Source: Eledone cirrhosa (taxonomy: Eukaryota). Taken from it: a stretch of DNA of 64,000 bases. Both the position numbers and the translations under genes were made by a program. Every line of letters begins with the position of its first letter. Position 1 is the first letter of the stretch. The notes under the pieces were generated by a model that was not told the origin of the DNA, searched no databases, and saw only the letters and a program-made list of their open reading frames with translations. Below, piece after piece: positions 25,608 through 40,266 of this stretch. The stretch covers positions 138,322,001 through 138,386,000 of the forward strand of contig OZ024741.1 of assembly GCA_964016885.1 (NCBI GenBank), in the 5' to 3' direction.

Positions 25608-27404
25608 ATTTCGGATTCATAACGGGTCCTCTTCTCAAAATTTCATGAAATATACGGTACATTTGCATTCTTTTTCTCACTTTACTTTAGTTCTTTCTCT
25701 CGTATTTCTAATCTGCATTGTACCAACTTTCCCAAACAAATCACAACAATGCTTAATATAAAATAAATGCGATTTAACCATGGTGCCAAGAAACAAATGA
25801 TTGTTTCTTTTATTTAGTAAAGAAATTTAATAACTTATTATATTTGCAATGATGGCGAGTGATTCATATATATATAATTGCAACTTGCATCTTCTTAAAC
25901 AGAATATCGATATTATCAAAAGAAACTTAATAAAATGTTAATTCTTCTGTAGTCAGAGCACTAATTTCTTTAGAGGAAAGCAAATTGAGTCTAAAAAATC
26001 TAGTGATTGTCTGTGTCAGATAAAAAAGTGTCCATAAAAGTTAATAACATTAATAAGGAATGGTGATCTCACTGGCAGCGAGAAGAGCTGAATTCTGACA
26101 GTCTCATTACATAAGTTTATTTTGTATTTTATATAAATGTTGTTTAAGAGAACAAATGTGTACGGCTGGCTCAGTAGGTTTGTGGATTCTTAAGGTTACT
26201 CCACCTTAATTCACGCCAGCGAAATATTTGCTTCTCGTAGATTTAAGTGAACGAATGCTAACTTTTACTGCCTTCTCTCTGTGTGTCCCCCCTCTCTCTC
26301 ACTCTCTCTTTCTTTCTATCTCACATAAAAATCCTGAGTGAGTCGAATTTTATAATTTAAAGTGTCTATGCCATGGGTGCACAGTAACGTAAACATGGAT
26401 CCTATAGAGGAGGAATAAAACCTGTGCTATATGAACAGTGAAGAGTGGGGATTCTGTCAATACATAATTACAATTGAGATATATTAATTCGTGAGGAGAC
26501 ATGCCATACTAGTCAATAGACAGAAATTACTAATGTTCAAAATATATTCAATATAAATATCAGTTCCTTGGACAATTATTTGGGAATATCTGATAATTAT
26601 TGAGAAAATATGCTGTTTACGTTCGTATTACTTCTGAATAATTTAAAAATACATTATATACATACAGATTTTATGATCAAGCTTTCGTAAATAAATATTA
26701 TGTCTTTAAATTTTGATAGCAATCAATAAGCACATTTTAGAGTTAGACCTACTTGTATCTTCGTTTTTTGTATTCATCATACAATAATGAAATCATACGT
26801 CTTGTCACACAAACCCCACTTCGATCTTAGTCACATCGAGCCCATAGCTACCACAAGCAATTATGGAATGATAATTACCAATCATTGCCTCAAACACTTC
26901 CTTATGTGTTGTGGATAACACCATTGCCCTTGGTCACCTAAATACCACTCTATCAAAGAAGTACACCTAATAAGAGTGACGTTTATATTCAACTGAAATA
27001 ACTAGTGAAAACTTGAAAACAACATATCAATATATGTTTATATGATTGTGTTTGCTTAAGAAAATTACACACACACACATACATATATATAATCAACAAA
27101 CAGCGAAAGACGCGTTCCGAGTTGTCCGACAGACAACCTTTTCCCCCACCCCGGAAAAAACCCCAGTTGATGGATGTGAATCCGAAATATATAGGGACTA
27201 TTAAATCTCTCCCAAGGTAACTCTCTCTCTTGTGTTGTTATTATTATTTTTACCCTTTTACTCTTCCCTTCATTCTACAAATCTCACACATCTTATACAC
27301 ACCACGCATCTCAACGTACACCCACTTACATATCTCTCTCTCCACCACCGGACCTTGTTACCCGGAGATTTACCCATTTGCATTGTCGAGGCTTCCAAAC
27401 GACT

Positions 27405-27459
<55 letters not shown>

Positions 27460-27526
27460 AAAAAGGGATAAAATCGAAAATGCAACTGAAGTCTTATTTT
27501 TTTTAAAAATATATATATATTTGGTT

Positions 27527-27564
27527 CCTTTACCGGTTTCGCAGTTCTTCTGCTTTTCAAAAGG
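27527..27564 (-). ncRNA. Hammerhead ribozyme, U3-A8 variant (antisense copy)
   Basis: Reverse complement of 27642-27679. Confidence 0.75.
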
Positions 27565-27641
27565 TGAGTTGAGATGGAGGGTCTGTGGTTTTTCTCACAT
27601 CTCAGATGTGAGAAAAACCACAGACCCTCCATCTCAACTCA

Positions 27642-27679
27642 CCTTTTGAAAAGCAGAAGAACTGCGAAACCGGTAAAGG
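27642..27679 (+). ncRNA. Hammerhead ribozyme, U3-A8 variant
   Basis: CCTT-TTGAAAA-GCAG-AAGAA-CTGC-GAAA-CCGG-TA-AAGG. Confidence 0.75.
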
Positions 27680-27808
27680 AACCAAATATATATATATTTT
27701 AAAAAAAAATAAGACTTCAGTTGCATTTTCGATTTTATCCCTTTTTCTTTATACTTCCACTCGTGTAGGACACCTCGGTTATTTTTCATTTTGTAAAAAA
27801 AACCTCAC

Positions 27809-27869
<61 letters not shown>

Positions 27870-28600
27870 GTGCGTATGTGTGTATTTGTGTTTGTGTGGT
27901 GTGAGTGTGTTTGTGTGTGTGAGTGTGAGTGTGTGCGTGCATTTATGATTCAAACATGAGATAAACCGCATCGCTTTTTGCACGAATAACTTTTTCTTTC
28001 ACTCTGTCGTATGTGTGATCAAACCAATATCTTTTGGGTTAATATTTCAAGCACAAATGTCTGTTATCAAGTAAAGTATATTTAAATTTCATATAGATAG
28101 CCTTTACCACTACAGAGATAATATTTTGTCTGTGAGTTATTCCGCCTCGTTGTATCCCTGTAGTGTTAAGAGATAAAATTCAAAGAAATAGAAAATGATA
28201 TATTTCCTGCAGTTATTTAGCTTTGTAAAACTTTGGAATTCTAAAATTCATGGAAAAGCTTAACTGAGCTCGCTACGGTTGATAGTTATCTTGAACAACC
28301 CGCAGGACAATGACTGCTTGATAAAAATACTGATTAATTGAAGAATTCCTGATGAAGAGAATCAAAATCCAGATATATGTATTAATTCTAAAAGAAAAGA
28401 AAATTAAACATAGAAATGAAGAATGAATTGTTAATTATCCAAACATTATGATTTTCATTCTTAGCGGACATAAGGATGGTTTCCGCATTATTAAATCTTT
28501 TAATTGCAAATGCTAATCTAATTCTTGTTATGATCAGTAGGAATAGAGTCTAGTCTTGACAGCGTAGTACTTTTATGGTATAATAATTATGTAACACATA

Positions 28601-28651
28601 CAGTACCAGTAATGCACTGGTAATTGCTAGACTTGTGCCTAACGTAGAAAC
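28601..28651 (+). mobile_element. 5'-truncated SINE with 19-bp TSD
   Basis: TSD AATAATTATGTAACACATA at 28582-28600 and 28652-28670. Confidence 0.8.
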
Positions 28652-28696
28652 AATAATTATGTAACACATATTTATGACGTATTTGCTTCACAAAAT

Positions 28697-28870
28697 ATTG
28701 TTTCTATATTTAGCACATGGCCAGCAATTTGGAAGGTCGTTGAAAGAACGATTAAATCGACCCCAGTGCCTTACTAGTACTTTATGTTTTCGACACTGTA
28801 TGTACAAAAGGCAAAGCTAACAGCGCAAAGCATGTTGTTCGGAGCTCTATAGATACTGCCAATTCACGGT
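28697..28870 (-). mobile_element. Diverged SINE
   Basis: TTGTTTCTA..GGCCAGCAAT..AAAGGCAAAG..GATACTGCCAAT. Confidence 0.65.
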
Positions 28871-29651
28871 TCTTTTGCTATACAAAAAATACGTCAAGCT
28901 TTGTATATATTTTGACATTTAGTTGGAGGTTATTCATGTATTTAAGCGGCAGTCAGACTTTAGTTACAACAACCCATTCTAAACAAAGATTTATCTACAT
29001 AAACTCTTCTTTGATAAAATGAAACCATTTCAAATACAATGTCAAATGGTTAATTGAAAAGGATTGTTCACATAATTAACGTTGACGTCCAGATAGTTTA
29101 TGTTCTAATATTTCTGTACGTTTACTTATAGTAAATTAATGGCTTCTTGTAACTGCATTATAATTTAATACAGTGAAAATGTGTGGCGAAATGTTTAGTG
29201 TGCTCGGCTCACGACTTTATATACGTGATTTCCATTCCTTGTGTAACATATTATATTTCACATCGTTGAAGTAACCTTCTCCGAAAACAAAACATAACAC
29301 ACACACACATAAGTTTTACCCTCCAAATTCTTAACTAATTCTAAAATTAATAGTAAAACATATGCAGTGAAAATGTAGAAAATATGGTACAACATGTTTG
29401 TATGCGGACATGTGTATAAAATATTTCAGGAAAGTCACACTGAACAGATTTTACGGAAAAGAAGCAGCCGGCGGGAGACACAGGAGCAAGAAAGTTGGAT
29501 AACATACATGAGCTTGGATGGTACCGCTTGGGAATCTGGCTGGATCGATTGGAAATGGTTAGTTCTGACAGGAGCTGCTGAAAGGCTTATTTGAGGTCTC
29601 TGGCCTGCCAGGACTAAGTAGACGAAGACGAAGATGTGAAGAAAATATATA

Positions 29652-29711
29652 TGAGAGAGAGAAAGAAAGAGAGAGCGACAGAGAGAGAGATATAGATAGA
29701 GAGAGATAGAA

Positions 29712-29792
<81 letters not shown>

Positions 29793-29820
29793 GAGAAAGA
29801 GAGAGAGAGAGAGAGTGAGT

Positions 29821-29876
<56 letters not shown>
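29652..29876. repeat. (GA)n microsatellite
   Basis: Direct reading. Confidence 0.95.
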
Positions 29877-29878
<2 letters not shown>

Positions 29879-30025
29879 CGTTAAAGCAGTTTACGTAGAG
29901 ATTATTATATGGAACTTATAATTTCGCTAGAGATACATTCAAAATATTGATTTCAATATTTCCCACATTTTAAATTATTCCAAATTGCACGTTAATATCC
30001 AAACATACACACACACACATAGACA

Positions 30026-30085
<60 letters not shown>

Positions 30086-31239
30086 TGTGCAGTGGATTTG
30101 CCAACGAAAAGCAAGAAAATTGTTAAGGAGGTATGTCGAATAAATTACAAAGAAACACCGGGATTGAGAAGAAATTGGGAATGTAAACAGATTGAACTGG
30201 AACATATAAATTGCTGAACACTAGCTTATTTGGCAGAATAGCAAGTTCAAAGAGTGGAATGTCTCTGCTGGCTTTGACAGCGACCCATTGAATCATTGTG
30301 TAGAAGTCATTCATGCGTCATATTCAGAAAGGAAAAAATGAAATCCTTTTTAAAGCAATCCCTGTCAGAAAACTTCCAATTAAAATACAGCCGGAATTAG
30401 AAGCACATGGCCTCGATTGAATAACACAACTTATTTGTTTGACTTGGAATTTGATCAAAGAATATAGATATCCTATTGCAGAATAACATCGCAATTTCCC
30501 CTTAGCAGCTGTTTATGCATTAACGTTAGAGACGTTCAAATTGGCCATGCTTTAAAAATGAACTGGTGAGGATGCAAATAAGGATATCTACTGGGGCCGC
30601 CATGTGACTCATGAACTTCAGAGAGCCAAACGAAAGAGACTACTTTTGAATGTTGCCGTATACATACAAATATACATGCATACATAATACATATATACAT
30701 ACATACATTCATACATACATAAATATATATATTTGTGTAGTTTTTTATTTATACAAAATATCATGCCACATAAAACCTATCCACATAAAACCAATTATCT
30801 CCTATAAACGAAAAAGATATATCATAATTACTTTACAAGAATGTTTCGCGCGTTTGCACAGTGTTTCTTTTAGTTTTAAAAGGTTATAAATATATTTCAA
30901 GTAGCTGAAGCTAACAGAAGCTGCCGTAATGCTGAGTGACCATTTAGGTTTTGTCGAAAACATCCACCTTCGCTATTTTTATTCCTATCTTTCTTATCCA
31001 ATTGCTATTTTATGGGATATAAACAGATGCACAGACACAAATATAAAGACTCCCACGTAAATATACTACATGCTCATCCAATTCCCGCCAGCCAAATTCC
31101 ATTCGCAATGCCCTGGGAAAGGCACTTGTGGAAGCACATCGTGGTTGCGAAGCGAACTACTTAACCACATAGACAGTTAATTTAAATAAATTAGTTGGAA
31201 TTTGAAATTTGTTGTGTGCGTGTGATATTCGGTATGAAT

Positions 31240-31746
31240 CACAGGCCTGCGCATAATTATTTTCAGTCGTTCTTGTGAGTTTATAATACACGCATCGAAC
31301 TGCTCAATCCACAAAAAAATTTTCCAGAGGAGAAGAGTTGCAATGATCAAACAATTACCCTATAGTCCCGACTTAAATTTGTGCGATCATTGGCTGTTCA
31401 AGTTATTAAAGCAATATCTTTGAAAATTTGTTTTTGCTTCATTAGAAGAGATGGTAGATGAATCGTTGGGCTAGTTTAGGTGTGTAACTTTAGTTACCGG
31501 CAGCGCGCCGTTCGAAGCAATCAATGCTGTTACGATATCCATCTCGTTTAGGTTGTATTCTAATTGAAGCAATTGTGATATGCCAATAACGTTTGGACAT
31601 ATGCTGCAATACTGACTTCGATTCTACTTTATATATATGTAAACCCAATAGAGAATATTTGCCTTCACAAAAATGCTGTGTATTCTAACAAATATTACCT
31701 GTGCACGTAATCAAAGAGTGTATATATTTGTTGGGACACCCTGTAT
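31240..31746 (+). mobile_element. Tc1/mariner relic with terminal GGGACACCCTGTA
   Basis: Tc1-like TIR end followed by TA; decayed internal sequence. Confidence 0.4.
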
Positions 31747-31960
31747 ATATAGAATATAATAATTCAAGTGTAAGAAATTGTCCTGAAAATGTATCCATAT
31801 TATGTGTGTTTGTACGATTATATAGCCGCAATGACAATAAGATCTGAGGGTAAAGTTGTTATGAGTCAAATCTTACCAAACACGCACACACGCACGCGCA
31901 CGCACGCACACACACACACGCGCACGCCCACGCACGCACACGCACACACAAACACACAAA

Positions 31961-32046
<86 letters not shown>

Positions 32047-32078
32047 TAGATGCATTGCCAAAGAAATATCGGATAGCA

Positions 32079-32260
32079 AGTCAACCAGAGTGCTAAAGAT
32101 AGTCACTATTAGATCCTAAAGTCAGCTCTACTAATATAAAACTTAAGCATTTTCATTAGGAGCAGTTCCCAAAATAATTCAGGCATCGTGTTAATGCTCC
32201 TAATTAGTAGAGATGACTTTAGGTTCTAACAGTGACTATCTTTAGTACTTTGAGTAAACT
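32079..32260. repeat. Imperfect inverted repeat (MITE- or PLE-like)
   Basis: 32079-32135 vs 32202-32260. Confidence 0.6.
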
Positions 32261-32295
32261 ATTCTTTTGTCAGGCAATGTGATCAAAAATATATA

Positions 32296-32331
<36 letters not shown>

Positions 32332-32416
32332 AACAGTGTCTTCAATAGATGTCAATAGACAGCATGCCGAACTACATCAAGGCTATGGAACCCCACATCA
32401 CCAACACGAGCGAAAG

Positions 32417-32462
<46 letters not shown>

Positions 32463-32613
32463 CAAGTAAGTATGTTTTGAAACAGCGAGCGAGTTTCAGA
32501 TTAGAAATAGAAGCTTTCACCGTATTTTTGACGAAATAAATTTTTAGCCGGATAGTGGGGTTTAGAACTCTCTAAGAAATGGAAAAAGATGAGTATTGAC
32601 GTGTATGTATATA

Positions 32614-32650
<37 letters not shown>

Positions 32651-33678
32651 GAATACATATATATATATACATACATATATATCTATATATATGTGTATAT
32701 ACATACTCACACACACACGCACACACAGAGAAAGGCAGACCCCCCACCCCCACATCCCCATACACACATAGGTATATGTAAATACAACGCGTTCGCATAT
32801 CGTTAAAATCCCATACATTTCCTTTCAATTCATATAAAACCTAATTGTACATAATACGTTTTCACGAAATAAATTTATAATATTTATTCGCGGTATCTAA
32901 ATGACAGCTGTGTATTCCTATACAGTAATTATCACAAAAGTATTTCTATGATTTTAATTTTATTTACTATTAATGGATTATATGCTCTGAATTATTTCTG
33001 TATACCTCTGATAATACTGATCATATATACGATAAAAATAATATTATTGGCAATTATCAGCATTGTTATGTTCTGTTCATCGATAGATTATACGTGAAAT
33101 GGTGTTTATTTTGCACAACACACTTTCAAATATAATTTAGGTTAGAGATTTCATTTGAATACTTTCAGCTTTAAAATATGTTGTGTTGTTTTACATTCCA
33201 TTTGTCGTAATAGCTATTCTGTGTTATGTAATGTTTCGTGTAACTATATTTCCCCAAACCACATTAATTACTTTAGCTACAATAGTTTCCAATTTAGGTT
33301 AGGCATTCTATTTAGACAATTTACAGCGTGGAAAGCTTAGGCTTTTCACCTTTTATCTTCGTAATGTTTATTTTTTGTTTTCTAACATTTTGAGTAAATA
33401 TACTTTCGAAGTCGATTAATGAATTAAATAATAAATTTCTGTGAAATCAGGGAGCTTTGGATTCAATATATTATAATGGCTCTCAAATATTATTTCATTT
33501 TTATGTATAATTCCACAAACATACATGTACATAATACTTTTAATTTGAGTTAATTATATTCCATATACCAACATACTCCATCCTCTACATTACAAAATAT
33601 GGTGACATAGCTGAGGATGAATAATTCTAATAATCATATAGCCATTAAACTCATTTACACATTTATGCAATCCTCAGT

Positions 33679-33750
<72 letters not shown>

Positions 33751-33754
<4 letters not shown>

Positions 33755-33940
33755 AACGAGTAGGACCCCCACGGCTGAGCTCAAGCAGTATCGACGGCTA
33801 ATTCGTCAAGAATTAGCCGTCGAAACGGCTTGAGCTCAGCCGTAGGGGTCCTACTCGTTCCTATTACCCACTCTACTACCCTAAGTATTGAGTACTTTGG
33901 TGCGTTATGGTCCACCTAGTTTCTTACCACATTTCCTTCG

Positions 33941-33941
<1 letters not shown>
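33751..33941 (+). mobile_element. Short palindromic PLE unit (family I) with 3' half of an HHR
   Basis: Arms 33751-33805 and 33809-33863; GAAA-CGGC..GCCG-TA; tail shared with 53960-54003 and 37110-37220. Confidence 0.75.
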
Positions 33942-34004
<63 letters not shown>

Positions 34005-34300
34005 ATTGTTATACTTGGGGAGGGTCATATTTGTGTAATATTGCCAGAATTAATAACAGAACACACTCACTGTTTGGTTGGTTTTCGCTTTTCGCTTCTG
34101 TGTCTTTTATATCGGTAATCTAATTTATTCGATCCTCAATGTTGCCATTGACTGACCGTCGGTCAAAAATAATACAGATACAATATAGACACAAACACAT
34201 ATATATAGTTTATCAAAGCTCTTTCGTTGCACACCTGCAACATCGTCAGTGGCGCTATTGTTTCCTCCCGTTACATTGTATGTCTACGCCATTTTTATTT
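34005..34300 (-). mobile_element. PLE family B terminus with HHR-like motif (about 34210-34256)
   Basis: Reverse complement reads CCA-CTGACGA-T-GTTGCA-GGTG-TGCAAC-GAAA-GAGC-TT-TGA. Confidence 0.65.
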
Positions 34301-34613
34301 AGTCTGTCTATATATTTATTTATTTATTCGTTTGTTTATTTTATTTTGTCTTCTTTGCGCATGCGTTTGCGTGTGTGTATAGTGTTTTGTTTGATGTGTG
34401 TTCGTGATTGGGTGACTAGTGTGTGTTTATATGTGTTTGTTGTTATTGTGCTTGTGTATGAATTTATTTATTTATTTATCTATTTATTTATTTATTTATA
34501 CTTCTCTTAGGTCAGTGTTGTTTGTTTGGGTGTTGCTATTCCATTCATTCTTTCTGTTTAGTCTTGGCCTTCTATGTTCTATAGAACTTAGAAGGCCAAC
34601 CATTCGAATTTAA

Positions 34614-35260
34614 CAAAATATAGTTATAAGGTTTGTGATTTAAAACCCACTCTAATCCAGAGATTTGATTCTGAATTGTTTTTTTCCTTTTTAATTGCTA
34701 ACCTGTAGATGTTGTTCCCTATACAATAACGTAATAATTCTTTACACACATCTCTCTTTGAGCTCAGAAGGAAATTCTCTATCCTTCCTTGAGCTAATTC
34801 TATTATTATTATTACAGTGAACTGCGGAATACTCTTAATTCCGATCTTTGTATACTTAATGAGCTCCAAATTGTTGAGCTAATAAATTCGAATGGTTGGG
34901 CTGCACTTTCTAGCGTCTTCCCCAATCCACGAGAGCCGTTATTTGATGCAAATAACACGTGATTTCGCCCACTCTGGTCAGCGTGTCTATTAGCAATCTC
35001 TCTATCCATGTGGTTAGATGTGTAGTGTTCAGTGCTCGCATTTGCTGACTGAGGATCCTGTGACCTGACACTTCACATATAAGTGGTGAAACGAACGAGA
35101 TTCGTATTGGCAAAATATAGTTATAAGGTTTGTGATTTAAAACTCTAATCCAGAGATTTGATTCTGAATTGTTTTTTTTCCTTTTTAATTGATAACCTGT
35201 AGATGTTGTTCCCTATACAGTAACGGTAAAACCACTCGTAACAATTCTTTACACACATCT
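34614..35260. repeat. About 145-bp direct repeat pair
   Basis: 34614-34755 vs 35111-35260. Confidence 0.8.
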
Positions 35261-35792
35261 CACTGTGTAACACACTTCTCTTTGTGTAATATATACTTAT
35301 ATATATATATATTTATATATATATGTATAAATGGTATTCCCACATAAAATCATCTCCTGAATGATCAAAATAGTTCCTGCCTATTGAGACGCCAATCGTG
35401 ATATCACTTTAAATATACGTCAATATGTTCTTGACGATATCCTGATTATTTGATGTTTCTTTATCATTCATTTTATAGATTTCTTCTTCGTTGTGTGTGT
35501 ATGTGCTTTCCTGAAAAAATTGTTCATGACCAAACAGGGCATTGGACATTAAATATTAACACTGACGCTTCAAATGTAATCTTATTGCCTAATGTTTGTT
35601 CATAGTACAAGTCTTTTTGTAGGTCAATTATAGAAGAAAGTAAATAGTGAAATAGACTGGCATTATTGCTAACTATTTATCAAATATCAGATAAACCTAT
35701 AGTAATATTGGGTACAGTAATTGATACTACAGATATAATAACTGGTTGAAACTTTCAGAGGATAGATATATTTACTATAAATGAAATGTACA

Positions 35793-35851
<59 letters not shown>

Positions 35852-36078
35852 TGCATGCCAACACTAGAGCAAGAATGAAGTGTTTATTCTACTGACATGG
35901 TTATCAAATTGAGGCTTGTTTGCATAATTGCAAACGAATCGAATGTTGTTATTAATATTCGAAAAACTCAGATTACATTTATTGTATTCAGCCATGCAGA
36001 ACGAAATTTTCTTTTATATATATATATATATATATACATACACACACAGACATATATATATATATATGTACATACATC

Positions 36079-36306
<228 letters not shown>

Positions 36307-36310
36307 TGCA

Positions 36311-36550
36311 TGCATGGCTTACTGGTTAGAGCATTGGGCTTGCAATCGAAAGGTTGTGAGTTCAATTCTCGGACCGGGTGATGCGTTGTTTCCTTGAGCA
36401 ACACACTTTATTTCACGTTGCTCCAGTTTACCAGCCTGCCCGCCTAGCCAGTGGGATGGCGTTATCTTACGGCTAAAGCAGCAAGACGTGCTGTTACCAG
36501 CGGCGCCGATTGGCGCCCGACTGACTGGTCGGTCAAGGTGATCAAGGTGA
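36311..36550 (+). mobile_element. Second tRNA-derived SINE family (CCTTGAGCAA core)
   Basis: A-box-like TGGCTTACTGG and B-box GAGTTCAATTC; related minus-strand copy at 59330-59460. Confidence 0.75.
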
Positions 36551-36573
36551 TATACATACATATATACATATAT

Positions 36574-36609
<36 letters not shown>

Positions 36610-36612
36610 GTA

Positions 36613-37029
36613 TAAGAGATATTTAATTAGTTGGAAATCCAACAAATATAGATGTTTACAACTGATTCAAAGCACTCGACAGTTTTCTGGAGTAAGTAAT
36701 CAATTGATATTAAATAAATGGAAACTATATTTATAAAACCATATTTATTCCATTATATATATTCCAAGAGTACCAAAAATGTTGGTACGCTATCATCAGA
36801 TAAAATACAAAATGTTTAAATAAATATTTGACATGAACAAGGATGATATACCTTAACGGTTCAAGTTATCCCTGGAAAGTGATAATTTGAACCGTTGGTC
36901 ATGTCACATATTCATAAAACATTTTGTATTTTATCTGATGATAGCGTACCAACATTTTTGGTACCCTTGAAATATATATAATAGAATAAATGTGGTTTTA
37001 TAAATATAGTTTACATTTATTTAATATCA

Positions 37030-37033
<4 letters not shown>
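36613..37033 (-). mobile_element. PLE fold-back unit (family F) with HHR-like motifs
   Basis: Arms 36701-36865 and 36885-37033; CTGATGA..GTACCA/TGGTAC..GAAA at 36931-36982. Confidence 0.75.
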
Positions 37034-37072
<39 letters not shown>

Positions 37073-37245
37073 ATATATATATATATATATATACATATAT
37101 AACAAAGAGGGTGTGGTAAGATACCAGGTGGCCCGTAACGCACCAGAGTACTCAATACTGAGGGTAGCTGAATGGGTATTGGGTAATATGAAAAGACTCA
37201 GGAACCCGAGGGCTGAGCTCTGGCCGTTTTGGATCTAGCATTTTA

Positions 37246-37310
<65 letters not shown>

Positions 37311-37350
37311 CCTCTTAATATATATATACACGCATATATGTACACCTATG

Positions 37351-38220
37351 TACATGAGGCCTGGGTGAAAGGTCCATAGGCTGATCAAGATACTTTCAGT
37401 TGATGTGAGCAGATTAGGATTATTTTTATTTTTAAACATAGCCCCACTTGAGGTCCATACATTTCTTTCATCGCCGTTGCAGTGCTTGGATACCCCTGGT
37501 GAAGAAGCTTGCATCCTCTTGGTAACATGTCATCAACAGAAGATATGATATCCTTACGAAGATACTTGTTGCCAGCTAAGTGTTTTCATATTGTGTAACA
37601 TATGAAAGTTAGGACGTCTATGCTGGAGAATATTTGTGATGAATACGAAACCTTTCGTCTGTTTTATTGGGCGTTTAGTTTTGATAACCTTTCATAACTG
37701 TCTCGGCACGTTGAGATCGTACTGTCATTAATTGTGTCGCTCTTCTGAAGATTGTCAATAAACTCAATGCCTTTTGCATCCGGAAAATCTGAGGCAATCA
37801 TTTTGCCTAGAGATGAGAGTCCATGGCATTCTTTGGAGCAGGCGAGGAGGAGTGTTTTCCCAGCAGGGATTATCGCTTTGTCTCTGGCTCACTGTGATGA
37901 ACACACCACTCAACCTGGATTAGGTAACTTTCAACAAAACCAGCTGGAACTGCCTCGAGCAATGTCAGAGTTCTCATGATAAGATCAACCCAACGAGCCA
38001 AGTTCAGTCATTCATCACGTGCCTATCAAATTATATTTTAACCTTAAGTATTTTTGTTCAACAACCAGAAATTACCATGTCACCTTGATTTTTGGCGCGA
38101 ACTTATCAAAACTTTCCTCAACCTATCAAACTGAACTTCAACCATATAGCAATCTGAGCCACATATTGTGTAAAACACAAACACATTCTCAACACCAGCT
38201 AGATGCAAGTTACAAATAGG
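37351..38220 (-). mobile_element. Degenerate mariner transposon
   Basis: Minus-strand GIQALQRR*KKCMDLKWGYV matches the mariner C-terminal GIxxLxxRWxKCixxxGdYvE motif. Confidence 0.7.
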
Positions 38221-39546
38221 CATGTCCACACATCTGTCCATCTCTGTTAACTTTTAAAAATCTTGAAAAGTGTGAGACCGATAAAGATAACATTTATTAT
38301 AAATAAAGCTTCCTAAAGTCTCCAGTCGCATTTTCAATATCTTCATTTACTTTCGAGTACACACACGCACACACACACACACACACACACCACACGCACA
38401 CATACACACACCCACACACGCACACACATACACACCCACAGATACACACATGCGCACACACACACCCACACATACATATATGTGTATATTACATATATAT
38501 TTAATATTTGCATTAGTAATTTAACACTAAATCAAACTGAGATTACGTTTCGCTTAGGTGAGGCCGGCTTTGTATGGTGATACTTATCTTAGGAGATACT
38601 ATATTTATGTATTACTCTAAGGAAGCATCAAAACAAATGACCTACGTTCGGCTCTATTTATGGCAGAGAATTGCCAGAAATCATATCAATATTGATAGAC
38701 TTACATTATGTTATTGGTCCTAAAGGAAATATATCAAAGCAAAGTTAATGAAGAAGTGTTAGAGATATAGATAGATATATTTGAATGATTTTTCTTGTTG
38801 GTAGGTTATTGGATGAGTTCCAAATTGTTATTGTCTCAGGTCTAACCTTGTCTCATATTTCATTCGTCTTTTGTCACTAAAATAACGGCAGAAAATTTTC
38901 AATAGTAAAATGTTATAAAGCATGCTATGTTACTAAACCGAACTCCTTAGACGCTCTGAAATTTATAAATCAGTGGCTTTGTAATATATTATAAGGTCAA
39001 CCAACATTTCCACCTCTTGTATTGAAGAAATTTGTGGTGCGTCTATATATAAGTCCATCAAGTTCAATATTAAAAGTGGAAGCAACATATCTGTTTAACA
39101 ATACTGATAGAATGTAAACTACGTGTACTCTAAGTTAATTACTTAAATTTAACTTCATAATTTCAAATAAGACTGTTGATTACTATCCAGCAATATATGC
39201 CGAGCATGTAATCTATCCCTCACAAAAAATGATATGTAATTATACTTACATATATTTTCATTCAATTTAGAATCTGCCATAATGCATATATATCACGGCT
39301 TCGTCAGATATGTCTAATGAATATGAGCTATAATTAAGGGGGTATAGGTATACGATGATTGTTCTTCTGCGGTATGATCCTCTTATACACACACACACAC
39401 ATACACACACACACATTCACACACACTTACACACACACACACAGATATTACATATATATATATTTGTTTTGCAAGGTTTTTGATATTAAATCCTGTCTCT
39501 ATACAAATATTGTTATACTTGGGGAGGGTATTATTGTTGGAATAAT

Positions 39547-39735
39547 ATTGTTTCTACTTTTGGCACAAGGCCAGAAATTACCCTGTACATTACTGGTACT
39601 TTATTTTATCGATCCTGTAAGGATGAAAGGCAAAGTTAACCTCGACGGGATTTGAACTTAGATTGGCAAGGGCCGTAAATCTATGAGTCAAAGTATGGAG
39701 TCCGATCCTCTACCGTTATTGCCAATCCACCGCCA
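39547..39735 (-). mobile_element. tRNA-derived SINE inserted in a PLE terminus
   Basis: Full SINE sequence; imperfect TSD TAT[T/C]GTTG[G/T]AATAATATTG. Confidence 0.85.
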
Positions 39736-39832
39736 ACAAATATCGTTGTAATAATATTGCCAGAAATAATAACAGAACACACTGACTGTTTGGTAGGTTT
39801 TCGCGTCTGTATCTTTTATATCTCCATAGTTA

Positions 39833-40108
39833 ATTTCATTCGGGAGAAATCATCCTGATGTTTTCTCCCGAATGAAAGAATTCTAGTCCTGTAGAAGCCA
39901 TTTCTATATTAAATATTTATATTTTGCTATGTATTGAGTGCCATATTTACTGTTTCATTCTTTAGAAATCATCAGGAATCCTGATGATTTCTAAAGAATG
40001 AAACAGTTCTAGTCCTGTAGAATCTCATCTATATTAAAACTTTTATACTCTGCCATGTATTGAGTACCTTACTTACTGTGGTTACCTCCGATTCAACCCG
40101 GAATAACG

Positions 40109-40110
<2 letters not shown>
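39833..40110 (+). mobile_element. Tandem and fold-back family C HHR units
   Basis: Two direct HHR copies (39856-39899 with CTGATGT; 39981-40025 with CTGATGA), each preceded by an inverted partial copy. Confidence 0.75.
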
Positions 40111-40142
<32 letters not shown>

Positions 40143-40144
40143 AG

Positions 40145-40181
<37 letters not shown>

Positions 40182-40190
40182 ATTATAAAG

Positions 40191-40260
<70 letters not shown>

Positions 40261-40266
<6 letters not shown>

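Larger units (their letters stand above)
27451..27815 (+). mobile_element. Non-coding near-perfect palindromic PLE unit (family H)
   Basis: Arms about 27451-27602 and 27604-27753; tail to 27812; (TA)n on both sides. Confidence 0.85.

Noticed and set aside
27160-27200. GGAT-GTGA-ATCC-GAAA-TATATA-GGG HHR-like segment
   Set aside because: No recognisable CUGANGA half; at best decayed.
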